DNA of 64,000 nucleotides, from assembly GCA_016937215.1 (NCBI GenBank), contig JAFGWI010000009.1, forward strand, positions 1,703 through 65,702, given 5' to 3'. The notes beneath the pieces are model-generated. The model was not told where the DNA came from. It made no database searches and saw nothing but the letters and a program-made list of their open reading frames with translations. This stretch comes from Spirochaetales bacterium. GTDB taxonomy: Bacteria; Spirochaetota; Spirochaetia; SZUA-6; JAFGRV01. Shown one piece after another: positions 19,043 through 29,300 of the stretch (the first letter of the stretch is position 1; each line of letters starts with the position of its first letter). Both the position numbers and the translations under genes were made by a program.

Positions 19043-19451
19043 GGGCGTTGCCTGCTGCCACAGCCCTATTCACTCCCGACAGCCTTTTTTAATAAAAATG
19101 TTCAGATGCTGAATAGCAAGCGGCAGCAGGCCAGGCTTTGCGCGGCTCCGCTGTTGCTTCGAAAGCCTGGAGCGCGAAATAATCGCGCCCCAGGCTTTTT
19201 GTGAATGTTTTTTGAAAAAAACATTCACCACCGCTCCAATCCTTAACGCTTTACACCAGATGTCCTTGCCAGGCTTAAAGCGCCATCCCTGTTTCACGCG
19301 TTAGGGATGGTTGCCATGGCTTGCCATTTTTTCAAAAATGGCAAGCCAAAGCGTTTTCGCGCGGATTATTTCCGCGCGAAAACCTTCGAAGCGCCTAGTG
19401 GAGTGGCAACAAGCCCGGCCTGAAAGCCCCCGGGCTTATCAGGCAACGCCC
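19043..19451. repeat. Palindromic repeat element copy B. A 409-bp imperfect palindrome with a perfect 12-bp terminal inverted repeat GGGCGTTGCCTG / CAGGCAACGCCC.
   Basis: The two arms are inverted copies of the same ~190-bp unit and meet at CAATCCTTAACGC...GCGTTAGGGAT. GC-rich hairpins. The copy sits between motB and fliL. Confidence 0.75.
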
Positions 19452-19507
19452 AACAAGATCCACAGAACAAATAAACAGAAAGCCGGCTTTCACAAGAAGC
19501 AGGAATT

Positions 19508-20251
19508 CTATAAATGCCCTGATGTCAAAACAACAATATCAACCCGGCGGTTCAGAGCCCTTTGCTCGGCTGTACTTTCATCCATGGAATAGGGAACCGT
19601 GTCGGCAAAACCAGCCACCTGAAACTTTTTCTCGTCCACGCCATACTGCACAAGATAATGCAGCACATTGGTGGCGCGGGCTGTTGAAAGCTCCCAGTTG
19701 GAAAAAAACTCATCCCCAGGATCAGTGGGAATGGAATCAGTATGGCCTTCTATCCTGAATTTGGTTAAGGGGTCTGAAAGGTCAGGGTCATTAAAAAGCT
19801 TGGCCAGATTCTGGAGAACATCCCGGGTTTCCTCAATATTCACATCAGAGGACCCCACATCAAAGAACAAATCCCCGGCAAGGGAGATGATTAATCCCCG
19901 CTCATCCTCCTTTACCCTGAGTTTTTGGGTCTTTTGGGCCATTTCAAACAAGGCCTTGGCCCGTTTCCTTGCCTTATCCAATGCCCGCCCCTGCTCCATG
20001 GAAGGCAGGCTCATGATGGTGTTGCCAAGTTCAGCCAGTTTTCCTTCCTGCAGAGTGTTTCCGCCGCGCATTGTTCCCAGTCCCTGAAACGCGGCCAGAA
20101 TCATTCGAAGTTCGCTGCCGTCAATTTCCGCTGTGGTGAACATCATGATAAAAAAGGTCAAAAGCAGGGTGGTCATGTCTCCATAGGTCAAAAGCCAGTC
20201 AGGAGCACCCTCAGAGACCTTTTTTTTCTTCTTTTTGCGTTCTTCAGCCAT
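19508..20251 (-). CDS. motB: Flagellar stator protein MotB (OmpA-like C-terminus).
   Basis: TM plus plug region. C-terminal OmpA/peptidoglycan-binding motif (NWELSTARA..NRRVDIV). Confidence 0.9.
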   Translation of the reverse strand: MAEERKKKKKKVSEGAPDWLLTYGDMTTLLLTFFIMMFTTAEIDGSELRMILAAFQGLGTMRGGNTLQEGKLAELGNTIMSLPSMEQGRALDKARKRAKALFEMAQKTQKLRVKEDERGLIISLAGDLFFDVGSSDVNIEETRDVLQNLAKLFNDPDLSDPLTKFRIEGHTDSIPTDPGDEFFSNWELSTARATNVLHYLVQYGVDEKKFQVAGFADTVPYSMDESTAEQRALNRRVDIVVLTSGHL

Positions 20252-20259
20252 GGTTTCTC

Positions 20260-21042
20260 CTATTCGGCCACTGATTCCTGCTGTATGGCTTCACGCTTTG
20301 ATGGAGGCAAAAATGACAGCAATTTTTCCTCAAGAATACGGGGATTATCGCCTGATTGAATGGACAATATCCCTTCTATCATAATTTCCTTAACCAAAGC
20401 CTCGGCCTCATCTTTTACGGTCAATTTTTCCTTAAAGGGAATAAGCAGAAGGTTGGCAAAAAAGGCTCCATAAAGGGTTGTAATCAAGGCAACGGACATA
20501 CCAGCACCAATGGCTGACTTGTCTTCAATTTTTACCATCATGGCAATCAGACCGATCAAGGTCCCTATCATTCCAAAGGCTGGGGCGAATTTTCCCCAGT
20601 TATCAAACAAAGTGATTCCCTGGGCGTGCCGCTCCTGGATTTTATTCAACTCGGTATTTAGCACATTCTTGATAATATCAGGATCAGTACCGTCAACCAC
20701 CAGCTGAATGCCTTTGCGTAAAAAATCTTCCTCAACACTTTCCAGATCATCTTCAAGAGCCAGAATACCGTCACGCCGTGCTTTTTCTGAAAAAGCCACC
20801 AGACTTTGAATCAGTTTTTCCTCTTCATAGCTGCGAATTGTAAAAAGCTGTCCGAAATAGGAAAAAATCATCATAACCCGGTTCAAAGGAGTCGCGACCA
20901 TGATGGCCCCGAATGATCCAATAATCGTGATCAAAAAAGAAGGAAGGTCAACAAACATTATTGGATTGGCTCCGTTACTGATAACACCAATAACAACAGC
21001 CAGAGCGCCCAAGGCTATTCCTAATATCGTACTAAGATCCAT
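20260..21042 (-). CDS. motA: Flagellar stator protein MotA.
   Basis: 4-TM MotA/TolQ/ExbB family. Confidence 0.9.
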   Translation of the reverse strand: MDLSTILGIALGALAVVIGVISNGANPIMFVDLPSFLITIIGSFGAIMVATPLNRVMMIFSYFGQLFTIRSYEEEKLIQSLVAFSEKARRDGILALEDDLESVEEDFLRKGIQLVVDGTDPDIIKNVLNTELNKIQERHAQGITLFDNWGKFAPAFGMIGTLIGLIAMMVKIEDKSAIGAGMSVALITTLYGAFFANLLLIPFKEKLTVKDEAEALVKEIMIEGILSIQSGDNPRILEEKLLSFLPPSKREAIQQESVAE

Positions 21043-21049
21043 TTTTCAC

Positions 21050-21247
21050 TTACTCCTCGTTTTTAAAGGCGCCGATCAGGCGCCTGTATTGGACTATTCG
21101 TTTATAAACCAGTTCATATTCTTCTTTCACAATCAAACGCTTGCCGGAAAGCATAACCAATGTGGTATCGGGATTGGATTCAATGTATTCTATCTGATGA
21201 GGATTGATGTAATATTCTGTTCCGTCCAGTTTTGTTACTTTGATCAT
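21050..21247 (-). CDS. flbD: Flagellar protein FlbD.
   Basis: 65 aa, MIKVTKLDGTEYYINPHQIEYIE, typical FlbD, upstream of motA. Confidence 0.8.
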   Translation of the reverse strand: MIKVTKLDGTEYYINPHQIEYIESNPDTTLVMLSGKRLIVKEEYELVYKRIVQYRRLIGAFKNEE

Positions 21248-21267
21248 TTACTTATTCATCCTAGGGC

Positions 21268-22635
21268 TTATCGCTTTAATGTCAAGAGCTCCTGCAGCAT
21301 CTGGTCGCTGGTTGTTATGGTCTTTGAATTGGCCTGAAAACCTCGCTGAGTGACAATCATATCGGTGAACTGTTCGGCCAGGTCCACATTGCTCATTTCA
21401 AGAGCGCCGGCAATAATCTTACCCCGGCCTTCGGTTCCGCTTGTGCCAACCATGGCATTTCCGGAATTATTGGAAACCACATAATTATTTTCACCCGCTT
21501 TTTCAAGGCCGCCGGGATTGGTAAAACTGGCCAAAGCCACTTGTCCCAATGCCCTGTTCGCGCCATTTGAATACACACCGGTTATAACACCAGATTGGTC
21601 AATCTTGAAGGTTTCCAGATAGCCCATGGTATAACCGTTTTGCTCACGAATCTTGGTTGAAAAATTTTCAGCATACTGGGTGATACTGTCCAGCGGAGAA
21701 CCTACTGTTCCCAGGTTTAGATTAAAGGTTTGGCGGTATATACCTCCGCCCGCGTCAGGATCCGCGTCTGCCACATCAAAGGCAACCGAAACATTCAAGG
21801 CATCGGTATCCAAGGTGTCTCCCTGGGCATCAAGCACAGATTGCAGCACACCATTGTTGTCAAAATCCAGCAAAAAGGTATTGTTCGTTCCATTAGCCGC
21901 GCCAACATCGGCGATCACATTGGTGTCAACTGCCGCCTGGGGATCGACCACTACCGTGGCCTGCCAACGGTTGGCGACAGCGGCATCTTTTTGAAATCGC
22001 ACCTCAAGGCGGTGTGTGCGGCCAAAGGAATCATATACATCAAAACTGGTTTGCCACTGCCCTTCCGTGCCAATCTGGGGCGCGTTTTTATCCAGATTAC
22101 ATGCCAATCGAACATCGGTTGTCGCGAAAGCAGGGTCCTTGGAACCAACAGGAATAATTAGATCTTCACGATTTCCAGCCGTATTGATCACCACATTTCC
22201 CTGTTCATCGACCTGCGACATCCATCCCTGAACCTTTAAACCATTGGCAGGATTCACCAGATAACCATCCTGATCAAGGCCAAAGGCCCCGTTCCGGGTA
22301 TAAAAGGTTTTCTCACCCTCGGAAAGAATAAAAAAGCCGTTTCCCTGCAAGGCTATATCGGTCATGACACCGGTTGTCTGCAAAGCGCCTTGGGTGTGGA
22401 TCGTGTCGATGGAATTAACATTCATTCCTAATCCGACCTGTTTCGGGTTAATACCTCCCACATCGTCGGTGGGCTTAGCCGCGCCGGACATGGTTTGAGA
22501 AAGCATATCCTGAAAAGTCACACGGCCTTTTTTAAAGCCATTGGTGTTAACATTAGAAATATTGTTACCGATCACATCCATTCGGACCTGATGATTCTGC
22601 AATCCGGAAACACCGGAATAAAGTGATCTCATCAT
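21268..22635 (-). CDS. flgE: Flagellar hook protein FlgE.
   Basis: N-terminal [12 protein letters not shown] and C-terminal conserved rod/hook domains. Confidence 0.9.
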   Translation of the reverse strand: MMRSLYSGVSGLQNHQVRMDVIGNNISNVNTNGFKKGRVTFQDMLSQTMSGAAKPTDDVGGINPKQVGLGMNVNSIDTIHTQGALQTTGVMTDIALQGNGFFILSEGEKTFYTRNGAFGLDQDGYLVNPANGLKVQGWMSQVDEQGNVVINTAGNREDLIIPVGSKDPAFATTDVRLACNLDKNAPQIGTEGQWQTSFDVYDSFGRTHRLEVRFQKDAAVANRWQATVVVDPQAAVDTNVIADVGAANGTNNTFLLDFDNNGVLQSVLDAQGDTLDTDALNVSVAFDVADADPDAGGGIYRQTFNLNLGTVGSPLDSITQYAENFSTKIREQNGYTMGYLETFKIDQSGVITGVYSNGANRALGQVALASFTNPGGLEKAGENNYVVSNNSGNAMVGTSGTEGRGKIIAGALEMSNVDLAEQFTDMIVTQRGFQANSKTITTSDQMLQELLTLKR

Positions 22636-22651
22636 AAGCTATGCCTCCTGT

Positions 22652-23101
22652 TTAATTTTCAATAATATTTTGGACCTGTGAGATTTCAAAGGACTGCCCA
22701 TCAATGTATATCAACCCTAATTCGGCATTTGAAATTTTATCAACCTTGCCGGTAAGCATTTCTTTGCCGTCAAAAACCTCGACGGTTTTACCAAGCATGG
22801 AAATAGCGGAATTCTGATTCACCATCTGGGAAATCTTGGCCATTTCAGCTGTCATGTTTTTCATTTGTTCAAGTGATGAAAACTGGGCCATCTGGGCGAT
22901 AAATTCCTTATCTTCCATGGGTTTGGTGGGGTCCTGATGAGTCAGCTGCTGAAGCAGGATGGTTAAAAAAGCATCTTTATCCAGTTCCTGTTTCATTTCA
23001 CGGCCTTGCCCTACTGTTTTATTATAATTATCGACTTGCATTTTAAGTCGATTGTAATTTTCACCGCTGATTCTCGGTGTATCAAAACTAATATCAGACA
23101 T
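22652..23101 (-). CDS. flgD: Hook capping/assembly protein FlgD.
   Basis: DKDAFLTILLQQLTHQDP motif. Confidence 0.85.
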   Translation of the reverse strand: MSDISFDTPRISGENYNRLKMQVDNYNKTVGQGREMKQELDKDAFLTILLQQLTHQDPTKPMEDKEFIAQMAQFSSLEQMKNMTAEMAKISQMVNQNSAISMLGKTVEVFDGKEMLTGKVDKISNAELGLIYIDGQSFEISQVQNIIEN

Positions 23102-23112
23102 ATTTTTTCTCC

Positions 23113-24321
23113 TTACACAACAACATTAACCAAGGCCACTCCGGCCGCGTTTTCGTCATATTCAATCTGGTTCTTGTCAAATTCTTCCTGCACCGATTTG
23201 CTGTCAGTAAAGGGTAAAACCTGAGGTTGATGGTTGGATCGATCCTGATCCTGATACTGCTGCCCCACCGACACCTCCAAGGCCACACTTTCATAACCTC
23301 CGCTTTTTAAAGAATCGGCAAGAGTGCTTAATGAAGAATTAATAATCTCCTTCACAGTATTATTTTCGACAAAAATCCGGCCTTCTATATGATTTTGATT
23401 TAAATTTACACGCATTGTCACACGGCCCAGGTTTTCGGGTTTAAGCACCAATCTGATCTCTCCCTGGTTGCCTTCTTTAAGAACAAATTTGGTATGCCGC
23501 ACCAGATCAGTTTGAAAGCGTTCTTTCAGGCTTTGCAGCATTTCGGAATTCTTAAGGCTAAAGCCTTCCTGTTTGCCAAAGGACTTAAAACTTTCGGCGC
23601 CTTGATTCAAATCCATCGTGTCCTTTATAAGCACTTGAAAATCACGGCTTTCTTTCTGGCTTACCTGCTTTTGAGCTTCGGTTTCAGGTAAAGCATTTTT
23701 TACCTTAACATCATTAGAGTTTTCATCTGCTTTGACTTTCTTTGCCAAGGCAGCACTCTCTTTCGGGTTTTTTCGCAAATCCACAAGTTCAACCTTGTTT
23801 TTAATGACTTCAAGGGCTTCCCTATTGTTTTTGCCATCAGATTCCCTTACCGCTGGTTTTAGCTCGCCGATTTTTCCCAATTCCAGGGCATTGAGCCATG
23901 ATTTTACCGCGGCAAAGGCATCGGTTTCAGAAGATTCACCTGATTCCGATAGATTCAGCTTTTTTTTCAACAATTGCACCACATCCTTGAGCCCGGAATC
24001 ATCAGGGAGTTCTGTCTTCATCAAGGATTTTAACAGCTTTTGAAGGATTTGCTTGTTTTCAGGCGATTTCTGGATTTCAGAAAAATCTCCCCCCTTGGCT
24101 AATAATTGCTTCAGCTGCTGCAGAATTTCGCCAAGTGACATCTTGTTAATGGGAATTTTTGATTTTTGCTCGATTTTTTTTTCAAACCCGGCCAGCAATT
24201 CGGAGAAAAGCCCCTTTTGTTCATGGTCCTTTACATACTTGTGCCTGATGGCTTGATTACCCTCTGAAAGTTGTTTCGGACTTTCCGCCGATAACAGGTT
24301 TTTTGGAGCAGTATCAACCAC
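23113..24321 (-). CDS. fliK: Hook-length control protein FliK (Tap1-like).
   Basis: Conserved C-terminal FliK domain (GRVTMRVNLNQNHIEGRIFVEN). Position before flgD. Confidence 0.75.
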   Translation of the reverse strand: MVDTAPKNLLSAESPKQLSEGNQAIRHKYVKDHEQKGLFSELLAGFEKKIEQKSKIPINKMSLGEILQQLKQLLAKGGDFSEIQKSPENKQILQKLLKSLMKTELPDDSGLKDVVQLLKKKLNLSESGESSETDAFAAVKSWLNALELGKIGELKPAVRESDGKNNREALEVIKNKVELVDLRKNPKESAALAKKVKADENSNDVKVKNALPETEAQKQVSQKESRDFQVLIKDTMDLNQGAESFKSFGKQEGFSLKNSEMLQSLKERFQTDLVRHTKFVLKEGNQGEIRLVLKPENLGRVTMRVNLNQNHIEGRIFVENNTVKEIINSSLSTLADSLKSGGYESVALEVSVGQQYQDQDRSNHQPQVLPFTDSKSVQEEFDKNQIEYDENAAGVALVNVVV

Positions 24322-24343
24322 TGCTGCCTCCTTGATATACCGG

Positions 24344-24955
24344 TTATCGTGCTAAAAGCCGTGTCAGCGTTGAAGCCCTTTCAGTCGGCATTAAAGATAA
24401 CCAGTAAGATACCAGCGAAACAGCACCCTGCCTGCTGGCTTCTTCCTCAGTAACCCTGAGTATATCTATTATATCGGCATCTTGAAGGCCAAGCATAATA
24501 TTTACTGCATCTTTCGGAGGCATTCCTGTTAATTTTTCACTAATTAATATCAGATTTTTGCTTCTGTCATTAACTTCCTGCAATTTAAGGGCAAAGGCTT
24601 CCTGTTGCTCGGTAATATTCTGTTGTTGCTGCTCGATTTCAGCGGATATCTGCTCAATTTCTTCCTGCTTTGTCACAATACTTTGTTCTTTTTTATCAAG
24701 CTCCTCTGCCCGTAAATCCAGAGCTTCCATCTGCTTCAGCAGATTTTCTTTTTCAAGCAACAGAGGATCGTTTATATCCACATTAGCAGCTGGTTGGCGC
24801 ACACCCACAAGATTAAAAAGAGGGTTCAGAAGGTTTTTACTTTCAATTATACCCATTGAATCAAACCACCACAGGCCAAATATTACCAGCGCGATTAATA
24901 AAAGAATCAATACCAGTATTCGGGTACCAGTGCTCACAAAACTATATCTGGCCAC
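24344..24955 (-). CDS. YlxF/FlbB-family flagellar protein.
   Basis: TM plus coiled-coil. Sits between fliJ and fliK exactly as ylxF does in Bacillus and flbB in Borrelia. Confidence 0.55.
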   Translation of the reverse strand: MARYSFVSTGTRILVLILLLIALVIFGLWWFDSMGIIESKNLLNPLFNLVGVRQPAANVDINDPLLLEKENLLKQMEALDLRAEELDKKEQSIVTKQEEIEQISAEIEQQQQNITEQQEAFALKLQEVNDRSKNLILISEKLTGMPPKDAVNIMLGLQDADIIDILRVTEEEASRQGAVSLVSYWLSLMPTERASTLTRLLAR

Positions 24956-24958
24956 TTT

Positions 24959-25420
24959 TTATTCTCCTTTTAAATCAAGATTAAGGTTTCGCGCATACTT
25001 CTGGGTCGTTAAGTCATCCATTTCCTTAAAAGCCGCTCGAAGTTCTTCCTGATAATACTCATCCTGCCGTTTTTCCTTAAGTTTTTCAAGAACCTTGCGC
25101 TTCTGGGAAGCCTCAATATATTTCTTCTGGATTTCCTGGCGCTTTTTTTCTTTTTGCTCCAGCATGATCGTCTTTGTCTTTATTTCCTGAACAAGCTTGT
25201 CCGCGAAAAGCTGATGACTCTGAAGCAGTTCAAAACTCAATTGATTGCTGTATTTTGCCAGGTCCTCAAGATTCAGCTGCTTTTGTTTTTCCATAAACTG
25301 GATATTGTTTTGAATCACCATGCATTCTCCGGAAATCTCGGCAAGCCTTAATTCCCACTCCCGCTCGGTGTGGCGACGCATTTGCAGAACACGTTCAAGT
25401 GGAAACTGAAAGCGCTTCAT
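24959..25420 (-). CDS. fliJ: Flagellar export chaperone/stalk protein FliJ.
   Basis: 153-aa coiled-coil protein (MKRFQFPLERVLQMRR). Overlaps fliI by 26 nt. Confidence 0.75.
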   Translation of the reverse strand: MKRFQFPLERVLQMRRHTEREWELRLAEISGECMVIQNNIQFMEKQKQLNLEDLAKYSNQLSFELLQSHQLFADKLVQEIKTKTIMLEQKEKKRQEIQKKYIEASQKRKVLEKLKEKRQDEYYQEELRAAFKEMDDLTTQKYARNLNLDLKGE

Positions 25421-26753
25421 GGCCCAACTCCTCCGGCGGAATTTCCATACCCGCTATTTCGGCTATTCGTAAAAATATTTCGCTCAAGCTGTTTTTTTCA
25501 TGGGTACCCTGAATCAGAAAATCATTAATGGCCGATATTTTGGAAACAGCTTCATCAATCTGGGGGTTTGAACCCTTTACATAGGCCCCCACATTAATCA
25601 AATCCTCGGAATCAGCGTACATCGCCATCATGCGGCGAATATAAGCGGCAACTTTTTTTGTTTGCGGCCCTGTTATCTGATTACAAAGCCTTGAAATAGA
25701 GCGCAAAACATCAATTGCCGGATAATGGTTCCGTTGGGTAAGCTTTCGTGATAAAATAATGTGGCCATCGAGAATACCGCGAACCGTATCTGAAATCGGT
25801 TCATCCATATCATCACCTTCGACAAGTATGGTATAAAAAGCGGTAATGGTTCCCTTTGAGCCTGTTCCGCTTCGCTCAAGCAGCTTGGGTAATGTGGAGA
25901 AAACAGAAGGCGTAAAACCGCGGTTGGCAGGAGGTTCTCCAATAGCCAGTCCGATTTCCCGCTGGGCCCGCGCGAATCGGGTAAGAGAATCGAACATCAG
26001 CATAACATCCTTGCCCTGGTCCCTGAAATACTCGGCTACTGTGGTTGCCACATAGGCCCCGCGCATACGGGCTATTGCCGGCTCGTTTGAAGTAGCCACA
26101 ATAATAACCGAACGCTTCAGACCTTCTTCGCCAAGGTCGTTTTCAATAAACTCCCGCACTTCCCTGCCTCGTTCACCTATCATGGCAATCACATTTATAT
26201 CGGCTGAAGTATTTCTGGCTATCATTCCCAGCAAGGTCGATTTTCCATAACCAGACCCTGAAAAAATACCCATACGCTGGCCCTTGCCCATGGTCAGCAA
26301 AGCATCGATGGACCTGACACCGGTTGAAATAACCTCGGTTATACGTTTTCGCTCAAGCACATTAGGCGGTTCGGAAAAAACCCCTCGCCAGACGCTGGAA
26401 CCAATATCCCCTTTGTTGTCCAGGGGTTTACCGCGGGAATTAAGAACACGGCCCAGCAATTTGTCCGATACCGGAATCTCCAAAGGAGTCCCCCCGGCAA
26501 TCACCTGGCTTCCGACCTCAATGCCGCCTAATTCATCATAGGCCATAAGTTGGGTAATTTCATCTTTTAAGCCGACCACTTCGGCCCAGGCGGTTTTACT
26601 ATTTTCCTCACACACAATCTGACAGATTTCGCCGACCTTGGCGCGAGGGCCATGGCTTTCAACCAGCAAACCCTGGACTCTGCGGACAACACCGGTATAT
26701 TTGATTGGGTCCACTTTTTCCAGCAAAGCGGAGTATTTTTCAAAAAGGCTCAT
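25395..26753 (-). CDS. fliI: Flagellum-specific ATPase FliI.
   Basis: Walker A GSGYGKSTLL. F1-ATPase beta-like. Confidence 0.95.
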   Translation of the reverse strand: MSLFEKYSALLEKVDPIKYTGVVRRVQGLLVESHGPRAKVGEICQIVCEENSKTAWAEVVGLKDEITQLMAYDELGGIEVGSQVIAGGTPLEIPVSDKLLGRVLNSRGKPLDNKGDIGSSVWRGVFSEPPNVLERKRITEVISTGVRSIDALLTMGKGQRMGIFSGSGYGKSTLLGMIARNTSADINVIAMIGERGREVREFIENDLGEEGLKRSVIIVATSNEPAIARMRGAYVATTVAEYFRDQGKDVMLMFDSLTRFARAQREIGLAIGEPPANRGFTPSVFSTLPKLLERSGTGSKGTITAFYTILVEGDDMDEPISDTVRGILDGHIILSRKLTQRNHYPAIDVLRSISRLCNQITGPQTKKVAAYIRRMMAMYADSEDLINVGAYVKGSNPQIDEAVSKISAINDFLIQGTHEKNSLSEIFLRIAEIAGMEIPPEELGHEALSVST

Positions 26754-26755
26754 GG

Positions 26756-27694
26756 TTATCCTTCCTTTTTGATTTTTATGGGCATCATTTCAAGAATTTT
26801 AGATTCCAGTTCATGGAGCTGACTTGAAATTCGCGCGTCAATTTGGCCGAAATCGGTTTCAATAATACAACCGCCCCGATCCACCGAGGAATCCTCAAGA
26901 ATGGAAATGTTTTTAACATTTTCTACCATATTCTGAAACTGGGTCATATTTTCAGAAGCCAGTTCAAGATCAGCCATGTTTACTCGCAAAACAACATCGC
27001 CCCGGCCTTTCAGTTTTCGCAAAGCCTGAACCACATTATTAATCACCACATTCTTCTGATTTTCTGAAATAACCTTGATGACCTTTTTCGATATCTGAAG
27101 CACAAGATTGATCAATTGCGTTTCAGATTCCTCAACAATTTCGTTCCGCCTATCAATGGCTTTGGTCAATATCAAATGCAGCCGGTCTACCAGACGCTGA
27201 ACCTCATTTTTACCCGCGTCAAAACCCTTATCATGGCCTTCCTTGTAGCCCCGCTCATAAGCACCTGATTCAATTTCACCGATTTTTTCTTTGGCTTCAG
27301 ATAAAATTTCATTGGCTTCAGCCTTAGCTTCGTCTACCAGGCGTTTGGCTTCATCCTGAGCTTCCTGCCTTGTTTTCTGCACCTGGTTTGTTTTTTTCTG
27401 AACCTCATCAAAGGCCACTTGCTCCGCATCCTTGATTATTCTTTCAGCCTCAGCCTTGGCCAATTGAATCATCTGGGCCTTTTCCTCTTCCCACCTTTGT
27501 TTATATTCTTCTATTTCAAGCTTAACATCCTCAAGGCTCTCGGTTGGCAAATCATCGATGGGTTCAATCTCTTCTTCAACCTCCACCTCGAATTTCGGGG
27601 GATCGATGGCCACTTTCTGCGCGAGATTATGAATTTCTGTTGGTCTGAAAACATGCTTTGCCACAGTATGCTCCTTGCGCTGGTTTTCACACAA
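26756..27694 (-). CDS. fliH: Flagellar assembly protein FliH.
   Basis: Charged coiled-coil N-terminus plus FliH C-terminal domain. Position between fliG and fliI. Confidence 0.8.
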   Translation of the reverse strand: MCENQRKEHTVAKHVFRPTEIHNLAQKVAIDPPKFEVEVEEEIEPIDDLPTESLEDVKLEIEEYKQRWEEEKAQMIQLAKAEAERIIKDAEQVAFDEVQKKTNQVQKTRQEAQDEAKRLVDEAKAEANEILSEAKEKIGEIESGAYERGYKEGHDKGFDAGKNEVQRLVDRLHLILTKAIDRRNEIVEESETQLINLVLQISKKVIKVISENQKNVVINNVVQALRKLKGRGDVVLRVNMADLELASENMTQFQNMVENVKNISILEDSSVDRGGCIIETDFGQIDARISSQLHELESKILEMMPIKIKKEG

Positions 27695-27748
27695 AAACCT
27701 TATCTTCGGAAAGCCGATAAAATAACAGCTTTCAATTTATATTTTGTT

Positions 27749-28074
27749 GGGCGTTGCCTGCCTCCCCTTCGGTCCGGCAGGCCGGGCTTTCCGCGGTATA
27801 AAATCCTCGGCGCGATTTTTTCGCGCCTCCGGGTTTCAGGCGCCCCTTTTTGAAAAAAGGAGCGCCTGCCGCTGCAATCCCTAACGCGCTACAGCGGGAT
27901 AATCGATTCACTATCCGCTTACGCTGTTATAATGGGTTAGGGATCGGAGCGATGCTTCGTCTCTTTTTCAAAAGTGACGAAGCAAAGCGTTTTTGGACGG
28001 ATAATTTCCGTCCAAAAACCTTCGAAGCGAAAGCGGAGTCGCCTAGAGCCCGGCCCGAGCCCCTTAAGGAATGC
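27749..28074. repeat. Palindromic repeat element copy C (326 bp). The left unit ends CAATCCCTAACGCGC and the right unit is inverted with a diverged terminus.
   Basis: Same motif set as copies A, B and D. Located in the fliG-fliH intergenic spacer. Confidence 0.7.
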
Positions 28075-28237
28075 CATTTTATATTTTGACATTTCCCATG
28101 ATATACAAAGTTTCCCCACCTATCAGGGTAGCTTAATAATTGGACAAATGCAAAATGGCCGTTCCTTGAACTAAAAAAAACGCGATTTTACGCGGCCGGG
28201 CAACCCCCGAATAACAATCACAAATCAAATACAAACA

Positions 28238-29296
28238 TCAAACAACCAGTTCGTCCTCGCCGGCGCGGGCAACGACGATTTCACCCTGTTCCTCGAGCTT
28301 GCGAATAATCGATACGATTTTTTGCTGGGCCTCTTCAACATCCTTCAAGCGGATGGGTCCCATATAATCCATGTCTTCTTTCAAAAGGGTAGCGGCGCGC
28401 TTGGACATATTCCGAAAAATCTTGTCCTGCACCTCGGAATCCACCGCTTTGAGGGCTTTGGCCAGTTCCTGAGTATCGACCTCGCGAAGAACCTTCTGAA
28501 TGGCGCGGTCGTCAAGCAGCACGATGTCTTCGAATATGAACATGCGCTTTTTGATTTCTTCGGCCAACTCAGGATCGTCTTCCTCAAGTGATTCGATAAT
28601 GGTTTTTTCCGTGGAACGGTCAACCAGGTTAAGAATATCAACAATGCTTTCAACACCGCCGGCTGCTGTGTAGTCTTCACTCGAGAGAGTGGACAATTTT
28701 TTCTCGAGCACCCGCTCTACCTCGCGTAAAACTTCAGGCGAGGTCCTGTCCATGGTGGCAATTCGCTTAGCAACATCGGACTGGATTTCATGAGGCAGAC
28801 TACCCAAAATAATCGAAGCTTTTTGAGGTTCCAAATAAGCCAGAATCAAGGCAATGGTTTGGGGATGCTCCTGCTGGATAAAGTTTAACAAATGGGCCGG
28901 GTCGGTGCGTCGTATGAAATCAAATGGCCGAACCTGCAACGAAGATGTCAGACGGTTGATGATATCCACGGCTTTTTGAGGCCCCAAGGACTTTTCCAAA
29001 AGTTCACGGGCATAGTCAATACCGCCGGAGGAAATGAAATCCTGGGCCATCATGAGTTCCTGGAATTCCATGAGCACTTGATCGCGATCAGCGGCTTCTA
29101 TATTTTCAAGACGCGCGATTTCAAAAGTAAGCTGTTCAATCTCGTCTTCCCGAAGGTGCTTGAAAATTTCAGCGGATATTTCACTCCCCAGAGTAACAAG
29201 AAAAATAGCAGCCTTTTGACGACCGTTTAAAGCTTTCTTGCCTCCGCCTTTTTTGGGAGGCCCGCTGCTGGCTTGAGCGTGGGCTTTCTTTGCCAT
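28238..29296 (-). CDS. fliG: Flagellar motor switch/rotor protein FliG.
   Basis: 352 aa, conserved FliG middle and C-terminal domains. Confidence 0.95.
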   Translation of the reverse strand: MAKKAHAQASSGPPKKGGGKKALNGRQKAAIFLVTLGSEISAEIFKHLREDEIEQLTFEIARLENIEAADRDQVLMEFQELMMAQDFISSGGIDYARELLEKSLGPQKAVDIINRLTSSLQVRPFDFIRRTDPAHLLNFIQQEHPQTIALILAYLEPQKASIILGSLPHEIQSDVAKRIATMDRTSPEVLREVERVLEKKLSTLSSEDYTAAGGVESIVDILNLVDRSTEKTIIESLEEDDPELAEEIKKRMFIFEDIVLLDDRAIQKVLREVDTQELAKALKAVDSEVQDKIFRNMSKRAATLLKEDMDYMGPIRLKDVEEAQQKIVSIIRKLEEQGEIVVARAGEDELVV

Positions 29297-29300
29297 AATC

